Of a DNA stretch of 64,000 nucleotides, positions 8,739 to 17,887 are shown piece after piece. Origin of the DNA: Candidatus Bathyarchaeota archaeon (lineage in GTDB: Archaea; Thermoproteota; Bathyarchaeia; Bathyarchaeales; Bathycorpusculaceae); assembly GCA_963767735.1 (NCBI GenBank), contig CAVYES010000005.1, positions 448,001-512,000 on the forward strand, read 5' to 3'. Each line of letters begins with the position of its first letter. The first letter of the stretch is position 1. The position numbers were made by a program, and so were the translations under genes. Under the pieces are notes generated by a model that worked only from the letters and a program-made list of their open reading frames with translations, did not search any database and was not told the DNA's origin.

Positions 8739-9299
8739 TTGAGTTTCAAAGTTTATATTTCTTCTGACTGCAACGACACGTTCTTTGTTAACAATGTACT
8801 TGGAGTTAACAATGTACTTGGAGCGATTCAAGAGAAAAGTGAAGAAATTCGCAACGCTATAGGCATAGAAATCCATCCAATCTATCCACCAAGACAAGCC
8901 ACAACTGGGATGACTGTTGAAGATAAGATAGCCCAAATAAGAGATTCGGCTTTAGTTATTATGAACATTACTCCAAGAATCATTGCAACTGAGTATGTTG
9001 TTAATTCTGGTGTTCTTATAGAATATGGGATTGTATTAGGTTTAGGCATAGCTGATAATCTCTGCATCCTATGTAATCAAGAATTTGAAAGAGCCCGACT
9101 GTCGCCGATTTTTCATGGTCATGACATTTAACAATTCATACAGACTACTGAAGGAACAGAATTAAAAAACATCATAAAAAATATTCTAAGTAATCACATC
9201 GCCAAGATTGTCCAAAGAAGCAGCCAACTTGCTCAAAGTGATAGGATTAAGCAAGATTTCATAGAAGAGCAAATAAGGTCAGCGAGCAACGCCACATAA
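8739..9299 (+). pseudogene. Nucleoside 2-deoxyribosyltransferase/TIR-like fold protein with an in-frame TAA at 9129-9131
   Basis: IRDSALVIMNITP...NSGVLIEYGIVLGLG; the same frame continues 55 codons past the stop. Confidence 0.5.
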
Positions 9300-9315
9300 C
9301 GGGAGTCATAAAAAG

Positions 9316-9393
9316 TCAGATTGTTGGGATTCTTGGATTCCTGTCTTTCCGTTCGTTTATCGAATACTTCGCAAACAACAGAGCCTCTTCACT
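9316..9393 (-). pseudogene. cas1: Second relic of a cas1 3' end (SEEALLFAKYSINERKDRNPRIPTI*)
   Basis: EEALLFAKY identical to the intact Cas1 and NPRI conserved in register. Confidence 0.8.
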
Positions 9394-9516
9394 AAGGCTT
9401 CACCATACCATTTTTGTTCTGCTTACGCAGAACCTCTTTTCGGGTCTACCCTTCTCCCGCCCTTACTGCACTACACGCGCTAAAGGGTACGCCTTCCTGA
9501 ACAACGCTTTTAGCGT

Positions 9517-10062
9517 TTACTGAAAAACCAGAGGTAGTATTTTTGCGCCTTGTGGTATTACAAGTGGTTTTACGTCATTGATGATGTTAGCTGTCTTAGC
9601 CTCTATAGGAGTTAAAGTCTTTGCTTCGAGAAACATCTCTTTGACTTTATCCGAATCAAGTTTCGAGTTTGCGACAATAATGTCAGTTATTAGTTTTTGG
9701 TCTCGTTCAATGCTCAGTAAGCCCTCTTTGATTTGTTTTTCATCAAATCTCGCTTGCTGTAATATGTTCAAAGCTACGCCATGAAATAGAAATGATGAGT
9801 TTGGAACAGCATATCTTTCGGTACCAGCTAATAATACAATATTGGCGATTGAGTCAACTATCCCGATATTGAACGTTATAGTTTTTATTGGAAGCGACTT
9901 GATGTAGTTGAATAATGTAATTCCACTGTTTGTCGCTCCTCCAGGTGAAGACAGCATTAGACAAACCTCTTTTTCACCTATGTTTACTTGTTCTGCCAAG
10001 ACACTCATTAGAGTTTGAGAAGTCTTACCATCGATTCCTGCGTGGAAATTAATAAACAACAT
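9517..10062 (-). CDS. Stand-alone ClpP/crotonase-like serine protease
   Basis: LSSPGG, catalytic DSIA (Ser), FLFH (His). Confidence 0.75.
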   Translation of the reverse strand: MLFINFHAGIDGKTSQTLMSVLAEQVNIGEKEVCLMLSSPGGATNSGITLFNYIKSLPIKTITFNIGIVDSIANIVLLAGTERYAVPNSSFLFHGVALNILQQARFDEKQIKEGLLSIERDQKLITDIIVANSKLDSDKVKEMFLEAKTLTPIEAKTANIINDVKPLVIPQGAKILPLVFQ

Positions 10063-10190
10063 TGGATTAGCTCCTTATTCTACTTTGAATTGCCTTTGCA
10101 TATAAGTTTATGCACTACCCGATACCGTAAAGTTACCCATAACAAACCTTAAGCCAACTTCTTCTAATACCGTCTTTCGAGGGATTAAGG

Positions 10191-10700
10191 ATGCCCAATG
10201 AAGAAATCAACAAAACAAAACAGAAAATTATAGAATGGTTAAAGGAAGAGGGATTCTCGGCAGAAGAAAAACAAGACCCAAATGCTTACTTTAATATTCA
10301 AGCAACAAAAGGCAGAATAAATGTGAACATTATCCAAAACCCACCTTTCAATGATAGTATCTTCATTGGTGGAAACATCGCCGTTGCTCCAGAACAACAA
10401 GCGCTTCTGAAATCAAGGAGTCGAGATAAAAGGGAAGATTTCATTTGGGATTTACAAATGAGCCTCGCAGCGAACAATGAATTAGGCGATTTTGCGCTAA
10501 AACCCAATCCACCTGACGATATACAAACCATTTTTGTTTCCTCTCGGAGAATCTACTATGATGAACTGACTAAAGGGAAACTCTTTACTTCAATCAATAT
10601 TGTCATGAAAAACATCATATTGACTATTTGGAAACTGCAAAAATTTGTTGGAATGCATATGCCCAAAACGCCTGCAACAAAGCAAGATTATTCTACGTAA
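10191..10700 (+). CDS. DUF2299-like archaeal protein
   Basis: IIEWLKEEGF...REDFIWDL...IYYDELTK pattern. Confidence 0.6.
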   Translation: MPNEEINKTKQKIIEWLKEEGFSAEEKQDPNAYFNIQATKGRINVNIIQNPPFNDSIFIGGNIAVAPEQQALLKSRSRDKREDFIWDLQMSLAANNELGDFALKPNPPDDIQTIFVSSRRIYYDELTKGKLFTSINIVMKNIILTIWKLQKFVGMHMPKTPATKQDYST

Positions 10701-10794
10701 AGTAATGCCCTTTCTTTCTTAATTGATAGAATACCTGAAGGTCTTCTTCTTTCTTTAGGTGGTACACATTCTTCAGGTTGCTGAATGCCTGAAC

Positions 10795-11079
10795 AGCCTC
10801 ACATATCCCTAATTTCTTTAGTTAGGCGTTATGAACAAAGGTAGTGTATGATAATTAAACAAAGGTAGTGTATGATAAGTGAGAGTAATTACTAATGAAC
10901 TGAGGATATACTACCTTTCTTGACGTGCTCAGTGTTCTTTCTGGCATGCCCTGAATCAAAAAAAACACATGCGCGAAGTGGCAATGGTTCGTCATTCCGA
11001 AGCGCAGAACCCTGAGGGCTCTTGGGGTCATGCTCGTATCGTTCCATGAGGAATCAACAAAGCAATTATTTTTTTTTTG
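10795..11079 (-). repeat. Right terminal inverted repeat (285 bp)
   Basis: Reverse complement of 2611-2895. Confidence 0.95.
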
Positions 11080-11092
11080 ATTAAATTTTAAT
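11080..11092 (+). repeat. Right target-site duplication ATTAAATTTTAAT
   Basis: Identical to 2598-2610. Confidence 0.9.
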
Positions 11093-11459
11093 CCAACCAA
11101 CCAACGAAAAAGTAAGGAAAAGTTAGACCTTTTTGAAAAGGTTGCAGGTGTTACTCAGTTCGGCATAGGCATATCACATAAGGTTAAGGTATAGTATGTG
11201 TAGTATCGGAATCGAGTAAACACTCAAAACTATGGAAAAAATAAGAAAAAATAAAGGAAAAAGAGATAAGGGTTCTGGTAACTTCGTTGGATAGTTTTTC
11301 GGTGTAAACTGTCTTGGGATATTTTTCTCGGTGTTAAGTTTCATGGGACACTTGTTTATGTGTTAATTTATATATATATATATAGATTATTAAGAGAAGC
11401 TATATTAGCTCCCCAATGGATACTCTCTGCTTCCGAACATAAGTAGAGGTGAAAAAAGA

Positions 11460-11648
11460 ATGCTTTCAAGAGATTGCGATGGCTGCTCAATGCTTAAGGC
11501 ATGCAGTGTACGATACAAAAAAACTTTAAAAGGTGACAAAGTCTACTGCCCAGACGGAACAGCACACCTGATTGACTGTGACAGCATAAAGCAAAGCACC
11601 GATATAATCTGTGTCTTTGAAGCGAGTCAATTAATCGAAAAAACTTAA
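11460..11648 (+). CDS. Small Cys-rich hypothetical protein
   Basis: GAGGTG RBS; CDGC and YCPDG motifs. Confidence 0.55.
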   Translation: MLSRDCDGCSMLKACSVRYKKTLKGDKVYCPDGTAHLIDCDSIKQSTDIICVFEASQLIEKT

Positions 11649-11833
11649 AGATTAGCGACTAAACAGAAAAACTGAAAAAAAATCAAAAAACCATAATTGC
11701 CCCTTAAGCTGTTTTTGCAGCGTTTTGTATTAGTGTTTTCCATTTGTTTTCGCCTTCGATTGTTATTTCACATGCTCACTCGGAGTTTTGCCGTCTAAGG
11801 CTTCTGTGCGGTTTTTTAGTGATTTAAAACCTT

Positions 11834-12058
11834 TCAGCGGAAAACCGTGCAGTCATTTGCTTCTCTCATCGTTAACCCGTGTTTGAGGGCAAAATTAGTT
11901 AAGAGGGTTTTTTCGCTGTTTCCGACAAGCCATTTAACGTGTAGTTCCCAATCTTGCGATTTTTCAGCCTGTACTGTATACACTATAGGTGTGCCTTTCA
12001 CCGTTTCAAAGATAACCAACAACTCATCAAGTATTGAAAGAGCCTCTTCTCTATTCAT
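11834..12058 (-). CDS. Small hypothetical protein, likely paralog of 13362-13613
   Basis: MNREEALSILDEL...ALKHGLTMRE vs MKREEAVAIYKEI...AKSHNLAVRE. Confidence 0.55.
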   Translation of the reverse strand: MNREEALSILDELLVIFETVKGTPIVYTVQAEKSQDWELHVKWLVGNSEKTLLTNFALKHGLTMREANDCTVFR

Positions 12059-12184
12059 AATCCGCAATATATGCGGAACTAATTTAAAGATTTTTGGAAT
12101 GCGGTTAAAAAAAATTACTTCTCAGCGTGGAATTGCAATTTTCTATCTTGTATCACACTCAAGCGCGCGCAACTATTAAATTGC

Positions 12185-12355
12185 TCATTCTTTTGCCTCA
12201 ATGATTAATCGCCAATCTGTTATCGTAAGCTCTAGGTGTTGTCCATCATTCCAGCCTAATTCGTTGACTGCCTCTTCTGGAATGACTATTACATGTTTGT
12301 ATTGACGTTTGTCCTTGTCCTTGTAATCAAGTTGCTTCTGGAGTTTAGATTTCAT
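12185..12355 (-). CDS. AbrB/MazE/SpoVT-type small DNA-binding protein (56 aa)
   Basis: Hand translation: ...YKHVIVIPEEAVNELGWNDGQHLELTITDWRLIIE; GAGGA RBS. Confidence 0.65.
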   Translation of the reverse strand: MKSKLQKQLDYKDKDKRQYKHVIVIPEEAVNELGWNDGQHLELTITDWRLIIEAKE

Positions 12356-12596
12356 TTTTGGGATTCCTCAAATTTGTAAATCAAGAGGAAACAAATACGT
12401 GATAGGGTACATTCTTTTTCTTTAACCAACAATGTTTACTTCCAGCTTCAATTGTTAAACATGAAAAGCTATTATGAAGGTTTGTGGGCACAAAAAGAGG
12501 CAACAAACGTTCAGAATCACAAATAGACGAATTTTTACATCAAAAATAAAGTAAGTCTTAAATCTGCGCGTCGCGCAGTTGAAAATTTACCATTTA

Positions 12597-12950
12597 TTAT
12601 GTCGATTTGACAAACGAGCTTTTTTCCTTAACTGAGTGTAGGTATACCTGTGGAATTTTATAGCTGATGGTGTTTGCGTAATTTTTTTGACTGGTACACA
12701 CCTCAACGCTAATTTCTTTATCATCTGAATCTTCCGAAGGATTACTAACAAAGAGTATGTCCATGTTTCCTATACGAAAGTGTAAGTGAGCTCCTTTAGC
12801 TTTCTCTAATAATAAAATTACTGTATTCATTTGTTGCTGGCTCAAGCCTAATGCTATCCGAATATCATCTAGAAAAGTAATTATATTCTTTGCAGATGCG
12901 GTAACCAAAGGAGATTTTTCCTTCAACATTCTAATCATCCGTGAGGTCAC
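12597..12950 (-). CDS. Hypothetical protein
   Basis: 117-aa ORF, no recognised motif. Confidence 0.4.
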   Translation of the reverse strand: MTSRMIRMLKEKSPLVTASAKNIITFLDDIRIALGLSQQQMNTVILLLEKAKGAHLHFRIGNMDILFVSNPSEDSDDKEISVEVCTSQKNYANTISYKIPQVYLHSVKEKSSFVKST

Positions 12951-13233
12951 GTTTCACAGTGTTTTCAATTTAAGCTTTATGAAGTTGAGATTAATTACGG
13001 AATCGCATCCTTTGAATTTATTTCCACAGTAATTCTAATAGGTGTCTTATTGAATTCTCCTTGCAAATCCACAGTGTACCTTGTCCCATTTCGTCTTTTT
13101 GTCTCTTGTGGTTATTAAGCGCGGCGCGCTGAAAACATATATCCAAATTGGATGCGTTCTATTGTTGCGACAAGATGTTACACCAAATACTAATATCGTC
13201 ATGAAGCAAGACTTAAGGTGAGGCGTCATCCGA

Positions 13234-13359
13234 GTGGCTGAATGCCCTTACTGCCATAATGAAGTTTCTAAAACTCAGGCTAAATTACAGAACAGCTTCT
13301 TCACAATCGAAACCTTCACATGTGATAGATGCGGAAGAAGATTCACTGTAACAAAATAA
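13234..13359 (+). CDS. 41-aa zinc-ribbon microprotein (CPYC...CDRC)
   Basis: Hand translation, GTG start after AGGTGAGG. Confidence 0.55.
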   Translation: MAECPYCHNEVSKTQAKLQNSFFTIETFTCDRCGRRFTVTK

Positions 13360-13361
13360 CT

Positions 13362-13613
13362 CTATTCTGTTTTTTTGGGTTTGTAGACTATTACTTCGCC
13401 TTTCTCTTCTCGCACAGCTAAGTTATGTGATTTAGCGATATGGACAATCTGTTCTTTGACTGAGCCATCTGATAACATTGTAATACATATTTGATAGCCT
13501 TCTGAGGTTGGGTCACCTATTTTCGATAACTTTAGGTTAAAGGAGTTTGACCCCATGTGTTCACCTAAATTCAGGATTTCTTTATAGATAGCGACTGCTT
13601 CCTCTCTCTTCAC
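13362..13613 (-). CDS. Small hypothetical protein (83 aa)
   Basis: GTG start MKREEAVAIY; similar to 11834-12058; the upstream part of the listed 224-aa ORF is IS antisense. Confidence 0.55.
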   Translation of the reverse strand: MKREEAVAIYKEILNLGEHMGSNSFNLKLSKIGDPTSEGYQICITMLSDGSVKEQIVHIAKSHNLAVREEKGEVIVYKPKKTE

Positions 13614-13710
13614 GTGCTTCCCCAAGTTCGCTACCTGCGTACAAACTATTAAACTTGTGTAGCTGTAAACGTCCAGCAACAGAGCGGCTGCTATATTCAA
13701 ATCAAGCGCG

Positions 13711-14812
13711 CTGGCTTGTCCCTTAATTAAGTAAACGTTTATTTTTGAGTTGGGGCCTCGTTTCAAATGAGTTACGTCCAAGCTTAGGAGGTGACCCCAA
13801 GCGGGACAAGATGAACACGAGACCCTAGAAACCCTCTTCAGAAACGTAGACTTAAGTTTTGCTAAAGCAGCCTTACTCGACTGCTTCCATTCCGATGGTC
13901 CAGGAAGACCCCCCAGAAACCCAATGGGACTTTTCAGAACCTTCATCGTTATGCGCATGAAGGGCGTTCGCAGCCTAAGAGAAATGACCAGACTACTCGA
14001 CGCAGACCCAAGACTTAGACGATTGTGCCTCATCAAACCAGCCGAAAAAGGTTACCCACGAAGCGTTCTCAGCAGGTTCATCCGCAAAGTTGGAGAAATC
14101 CGCCTCATTAACATAATAGACGAGAAAGTTGTTAAGCTCTCGAAACACAGCAGTGCAAGAGACGTTGATTCCATTTTTGATGCTTCCTTTATAGATGCGT
14201 GGAGTACACGTGATCCACTGGACAACCAGACCGGCTATTCAGACAAGGAAGCCAGAGTCGGACGCGCAGGCAGATCATTCGGACTCGGCTACAAGCTGCA
14301 CTTAGCTATCGATTCTGCGACTATGCTTCCTTTAGCCTGCATTTTTGCTTCGGCTAATCAGAACGAGCAGAAACACTCATTGAACCTGCTGGAGAAGACC
14401 AAGCTGATTCTCAAGCAGTCTGAGGCTAAATTGAGAAGTGTGATAGCTGACAGCCAGTACAGCGACGGCAAACTCAGAGACGCTGTCGACGCTGCGGTGA
14501 TACCGTATCGTTCAAACCAGAAACGGGACGTTAAGGGCTTGCTGAGAGTGGACAAGAAGTTTCGAGCCTATGGACCGGAAGAACAGAAGAAGGAGTACCA
14601 CAAAAGACCTCATGTAGAGGCAGTCTACAGCTTCCTAAAGACACAGTACAGCCTAACCGTCAATAAAGTAAGAGGCTTAGGCAACGTAGCTTCATATGCG
14701 CTCTTTAGCATTCTATGCTTAGTTCTGAACCGAGAGGCGGCAGAAAACTTCGGAAGATACGATAAAGCAGTCTCACCAACATACTTCAACACGTAATATC
14801 GGGACAAGGCAG
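13711..14812 (+). mobile_element. Insertion sequence (DDE, IS5/IS1182-like), ~1.1 kb
   Basis: Ends CTGGCTTGTCCC and GGGACAAGGCAG (11/12 inverted match) flanked by CGCG; exact ends are ambiguous because CGCG is palindromic. Confidence 0.8.
13801..14796 (+). CDS. DDE transposase; frame open to a GCG codon after GGAGGTGA, first ATG at 13924
   Basis: GRPP N-terminal motif, IFDASFI, GYKLH, IADSQY, YHKRPHVEAVYSFLK. Confidence 0.85.
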   Translation, partial: AGQDEHETLETLFRNVDLSFAKAALLDCFHSDGPGRPPRNPMGLFRTFIVMRMKGVRSLREMTRLLDADPRLRRLCLIKPAEKGYPRSVLSRFIRKVGEIRLINIIDEKVVKLSKHSSARDVDSIFDASFIDAWSTRDPLDNQTGYSDKEARVGRAGRSFGLGYKLHLAIDSATMLPLACIFASANQNEQKHSLNLLEKTKLILKQSEAKLRSVIADSQYSDGKLRDAVDAAVIPYRSNQKRDVKGLLRVDKKFRAYGPEEQKKEYHKRPHVEAVYSFLKTQYSLTVNKVRGLGNVASYALFSILCLVLNREAAENFGRYDKAVSPTYFNT

Positions 14813-15189
14813 CGCGGGGTAACTTTTCTTATATTTTTTACCCCTAATGCCATTATTTTAATTAATTTACGAGGGGTAACTTTTACTGAACTTCTTACTC
14901 CTCATACCAATACCTAACTACAATATACCTTAGTGACCTATCAAAAGTCTTTACCTAACGTTATTTTTTTTTATTAAAATTTAATCCCACATGCATTTCA
15001 GCAATTTTACTTCGAACACCAAGCCATATGTTGCGAGCGCGCGAATATATATTTTTCAATTTTTGGCTGTGATTATGCACATACACCGTTTTCACATTCT
15101 TCATAAAGTCTTCTTCTCATCCTTAACACAAATCTTAACAAAGAAAAGATGTGAGAGGTTGAAAACGATTAAGACGGCTACGACTTAAG

Positions 15190-15483
15190 CTAAGAGTGGG
15201 GTGCCGTGAGCATTTTGGTGGCTTCTGCCTCTGTCCAAGCCTTCATCGTCATCGTGCGGATGTTTCCCATGCTGCCTGTGCACAAAAGAATTGCCGCCAT
15301 ATCTTCATCTTTGGGAATTTCAACAAAAAGCACAAAATCATATTTTCCCATGGTTGTGAAGAACTTCATTTTTCCGCCAGCTTTTTCAATCATTTCTCTG
15401 GCTGCTTTGACTCTTTCCGGAGATTCTGTCACGTTTTTTATACCCTGTTCGGTCCAGTTTCCAAGAATAATAAAATTCGACAA
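15190..15483 (-). CDS. GYD domain protein
   Basis: NWTEQGIKNV...TMGKYDFV...GNIRTMTMKA. Confidence 0.8.
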   Translation of the reverse strand: MSNFIILGNWTEQGIKNVTESPERVKAAREMIEKAGGKMKFFTTMGKYDFVLFVEIPKDEDMAAILLCTGSMGNIRTMTMKAWTEAEATKMLTAPHS

Positions 15484-15601
15484 AAATAATCACCAATATA
15501 ACTTTGGAAAATTGACTATAAAAGTGTTCTGACCATCAGGAAACAATGGAAACTAACAGTACGTTGAGCTTTGTATTTCTCCGGGAACGCTTAATTTTGG
15601 T

Positions 15602-15892
15602 TCATTTTTTTTTGGTTTGTTTAGGTACATAATCAAAGAATTTTTCAATAGTATCTTCAGAGGTCCATTCCGAGCGCATTCGCGTTTTCTTTTCAGCCCT
15701 GCGCAGCTCGGAGAGTAGCATGCGGTTTAAGTCTCTAGCGTTTTCGCCTTTGAATTCAGCGTTGACCTCGAACCCGTCGGCGGTTGGTTTGATGGAGCTG
15801 TTGTTGCCAACTACTCGTTCTAACACTGGTTTTATAGCTGAGGGATTAGCGCTGCTCACTTGTGCAGACAGCTTGAATTTTCTCTCGGACAA
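15602..15892 (-). CDS. Hypothetical protein
   Basis: GAGGA RBS; GENARDLNRMLLSELRR...FFDYVPK. Confidence 0.6.
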   Translation of the reverse strand: MSERKFKLSAQVSSANPSAIKPVLERVVGNNSSIKPTADGFEVNAEFKGENARDLNRMLLSELRRAEKKTRMRSEWTSEDTIEKFFDYVPKQTKKK

Positions 15893-15913
15893 AAATTGTC
15901 GATCCTCTTCAGT

Positions 15914-16117
15914 TTACATGGGTTTAATGTGCGTGAGTCTTTCCGAATGTAATTGTCCTCCCGTTGCCCAATTGCTCTTTGGCGCCTCATAAATAACGAT
16001 CTCGACTGCCTCCCTGCGAACCCCTAAATCTTCAAAAACCTTAGTTATCCCTTCGACTGTTTTCTTCTTATTCTCAAGGGTCATGCCTTCCCAAACAGAA
16101 ACCTGAACTATTGGCAT
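15914..16117 (-). CDS. 4-oxalocrotonate tautomerase family protein
   Basis: N-terminal Pro (MPIVQV), NWATGG. Confidence 0.85.
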   Translation of the reverse strand: MPIVQVSVWEGMTLENKKKTVEGITKVFEDLGVRREAVEIVIYEAPKSNWATGGQLHSERLTHIKPM

Positions 16118-16316
16118 TTCATTTTACCTCAAATTAACACATTCTTCGTTTCCCTAATTAATGTATTCTCAATGACAGTGAAGCTGAAACCAGGTGCAGT
16201 GCAACTACCACAAAATCATTTATTCTTGTGTTTTTTCTGCATTAAAAAAACAGGCTTTTCTATGTTGAAAAGCATCATTCTACATTCAAAGTGCCGGTCT
16301 TCGTTCTATGCACATT

Positions 16317-16392
16317 TATGTTGAATCATATTTGAAGCATATTAGAAGCATCTAGTAGACCGGGTAGGTAGGTTGTGCACACACAAATACCT
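16317..16392 (+). repeat. Dispersed intergenic repeat, copy 1
   Basis: TATGTTGAA-CATATTTG...CATCTAGTAGACCGGG...GCACACACAAATAC; inverted copy at 60189-60265. Confidence 0.7.
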
Positions 16393-16531
16393 CAAGACAA
16401 AAAACGAACGCTGAATACATATCCTCCTGAAAATTCTAAACATCAAGCTTTCCTGAAAGTTTGTCACTATTTAAATATAGAAAGCTATTTTCATATTCCA
16501 GCAAATAACTAACAATCTAGGCGCAACTTGG

Positions 16532-17563
16532 ATGGAAAGAAAAGATTACTTAGAAACTCCGGTTAAGCACATAAAAATAAACGGTACGCTAACAGTTGAC
16601 CAGTTGATGCAGCAGTTCAAAAACTCAGGTGCCTTAGGCGCTGGAAGACTTTCCACGGCATGTGACATTTATGAGAAGATGCTCAAGGATAAAGATTGCA
16701 CGGTATTCTTGGCGCTTTCAGGTGCAGTTGTGCCTGCGGGCATGCGTACGTTAATCACTGACTTAATAAGAAAAAGGTTTGTCGATGTGATTGTCAGCAC
16801 GGGCGCATGCATGGTTCATGACGCCATAGAAGCTGTCGGTGGACATCATTACAAGGGAACATGGGCAGTCAACGACAACGAACTCTACAAGTACCACGTA
16901 TTTCGCATTTACGATATTTTTGTTCCCGAAGAAGACTACGTTAAGTTAGACTTCAAACTGTCAGAAATGTACGATGACATTGCATTAGAACACAAAGGAG
17001 AAAGCTTAGCTTCAAACGAGTTCAGCTGGGAAATCGGCAAACGCCTAATCGACCCAAACTCCATACTGCGAGCCGCCTACGAAGAGAACGTGCCCATTTT
17101 CTTGCCGTCCGTTCGTGACTCAGAATTTGGCTTCATCCATTGGCTTCACGCAGCCCAGAAAAACGGTAAGCCTGTGCTTCAGGTTGACGCTTTCAAAGAT
17201 GTGCCAACTATATGCGGCATCAGCGCGAAATCACCCAAAAACGGGATGATAGTTATCGGCGGCGGAGTCCCACGCAACACTATTCAATCATCGGTGTTAG
17301 CGTCAAAGAAAGGCTTAGATTACGCTGTGGTAATCACTCTGGACCGTCCTGAAACAGGCGGCTTATCTGGCTCTACATTGGAGGAGACGGTGAGTTGGGG
17401 GAAAATGAAGGGCGGAGCAGACCATGTTACGGTTATTGGTGAAGCATTGATGGTTTTCCCGTTTCTGGTTGCTTCCGTAACCGAACGATTAGGAATGGGC
17501 TTCAAGCGCAACCCTGTTTCGCTGCTTAGAAAAACCAGCAAGCCAAGGAAGCAAAAATCATGA
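16532..17563 (+). CDS. dys: Deoxyhypusine synthase family protein
   Basis: SGAVVPAGMR, IVSTGA, IGGGVPRN, GGLSGSTLEETVSWGK (catalytic Lys). Confidence 0.88.
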   Translation: MERKDYLETPVKHIKINGTLTVDQLMQQFKNSGALGAGRLSTACDIYEKMLKDKDCTVFLALSGAVVPAGMRTLITDLIRKRFVDVIVSTGACMVHDAIEAVGGHHYKGTWAVNDNELYKYHVFRIYDIFVPEEDYVKLDFKLSEMYDDIALEHKGESLASNEFSWEIGKRLIDPNSILRAAYEENVPIFLPSVRDSEFGFIHWLHAAQKNGKPVLQVDAFKDVPTICGISAKSPKNGMIVIGGGVPRNTIQSSVLASKKGLDYAVVITLDRPETGGLSGSTLEETVSWGKMKGGADHVTVIGEALMVFPFLVASVTERLGMGFKRNPVSLLRKTSKPRKQKS

Positions 17564-17778
17564 GCGGTAACGAAGCTGGAAAATACTGCGGCAACTGCGA
17601 CGGCCACAACTCATACGATTACCCCACCAAAGTTTTCTGCTCAACCCGCCACGCTCAAAACAAAAACCCCATAGTTGACACCCTGTGGTACTGCAGTGAC
17701 TGGAATAAGATTAGCCAAGACTGTTACTGTGTCCGAGAAGCATTAAAGAAAAACGGCAACGAAACAACGCAACGTTAA
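17560..17778 (+). CDS. Small Cys-rich protein
   Basis: CGNC and CYC motifs; ATGA overlap with dys. Confidence 0.6.
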   Translation: MSGNEAGKYCGNCDGHNSYDYPTKVFCSTRHAQNKNPIVDTLWYCSDWNKISQDCYCVREALKKNGNETTQR

Positions 17779-17814
17779 AGTTATAATAGTGAAGCATGTT
17801 TTGGTGTTGGTTGA

Positions 17815-17887
17815 AGCCCGGTGGTGTAGTGGTCAAGCATAGGGGCCTCTGGAGCCTCTGACGAGAGTCCGAATCTCTCCCGGGCTA
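17815..17887 (+). tRNA. tRNA-Gln(CTG), integration target
   Basis: Acceptor AGCCCGG/CCGGGCT, anticodon arm GGGGC-CTCTGGA-GCCTC, T arm GAGAG-TCCGAAT-CTCTC; TATA-like TTATAATA ~30 nt upstream. Confidence 0.93.

Larger units (their letters stand above)
2611..11079. mobile_element. Casposon-like element (Cas1-solo, 285-bp TIRs, 13-bp TSD) lacking PolB
   Basis: Perfect TIRs 2611-2895 and 10795-11079, TSD, intact cas1, no cas2 or CRISPR array, no polymerase-sized ORF. Confidence 0.9.

Noticed and set aside
2611-11079. CRISPR-Cas locus suggested by cas1
   Set aside because: No repeat-spacer array, cas2 or effector genes; the 21-bp TIR repeats are only 3 bp apart
11369-11384. (TA)8 tract
   Set aside because: Short microsatellite in AT-rich intergenic DNA, no other support
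13614-14036. N-terminal part of the 224-aa minus ORF 13362-14036
   Set aside because: Antisense to the IS; the plausible gene begins at GTG 13613
14816-14884. 12-bp direct repeat GGGGTAACTTTT next to the IS
   Set aside because: Both copies are on the same side of the IS, so not a TSD; too short to interpret
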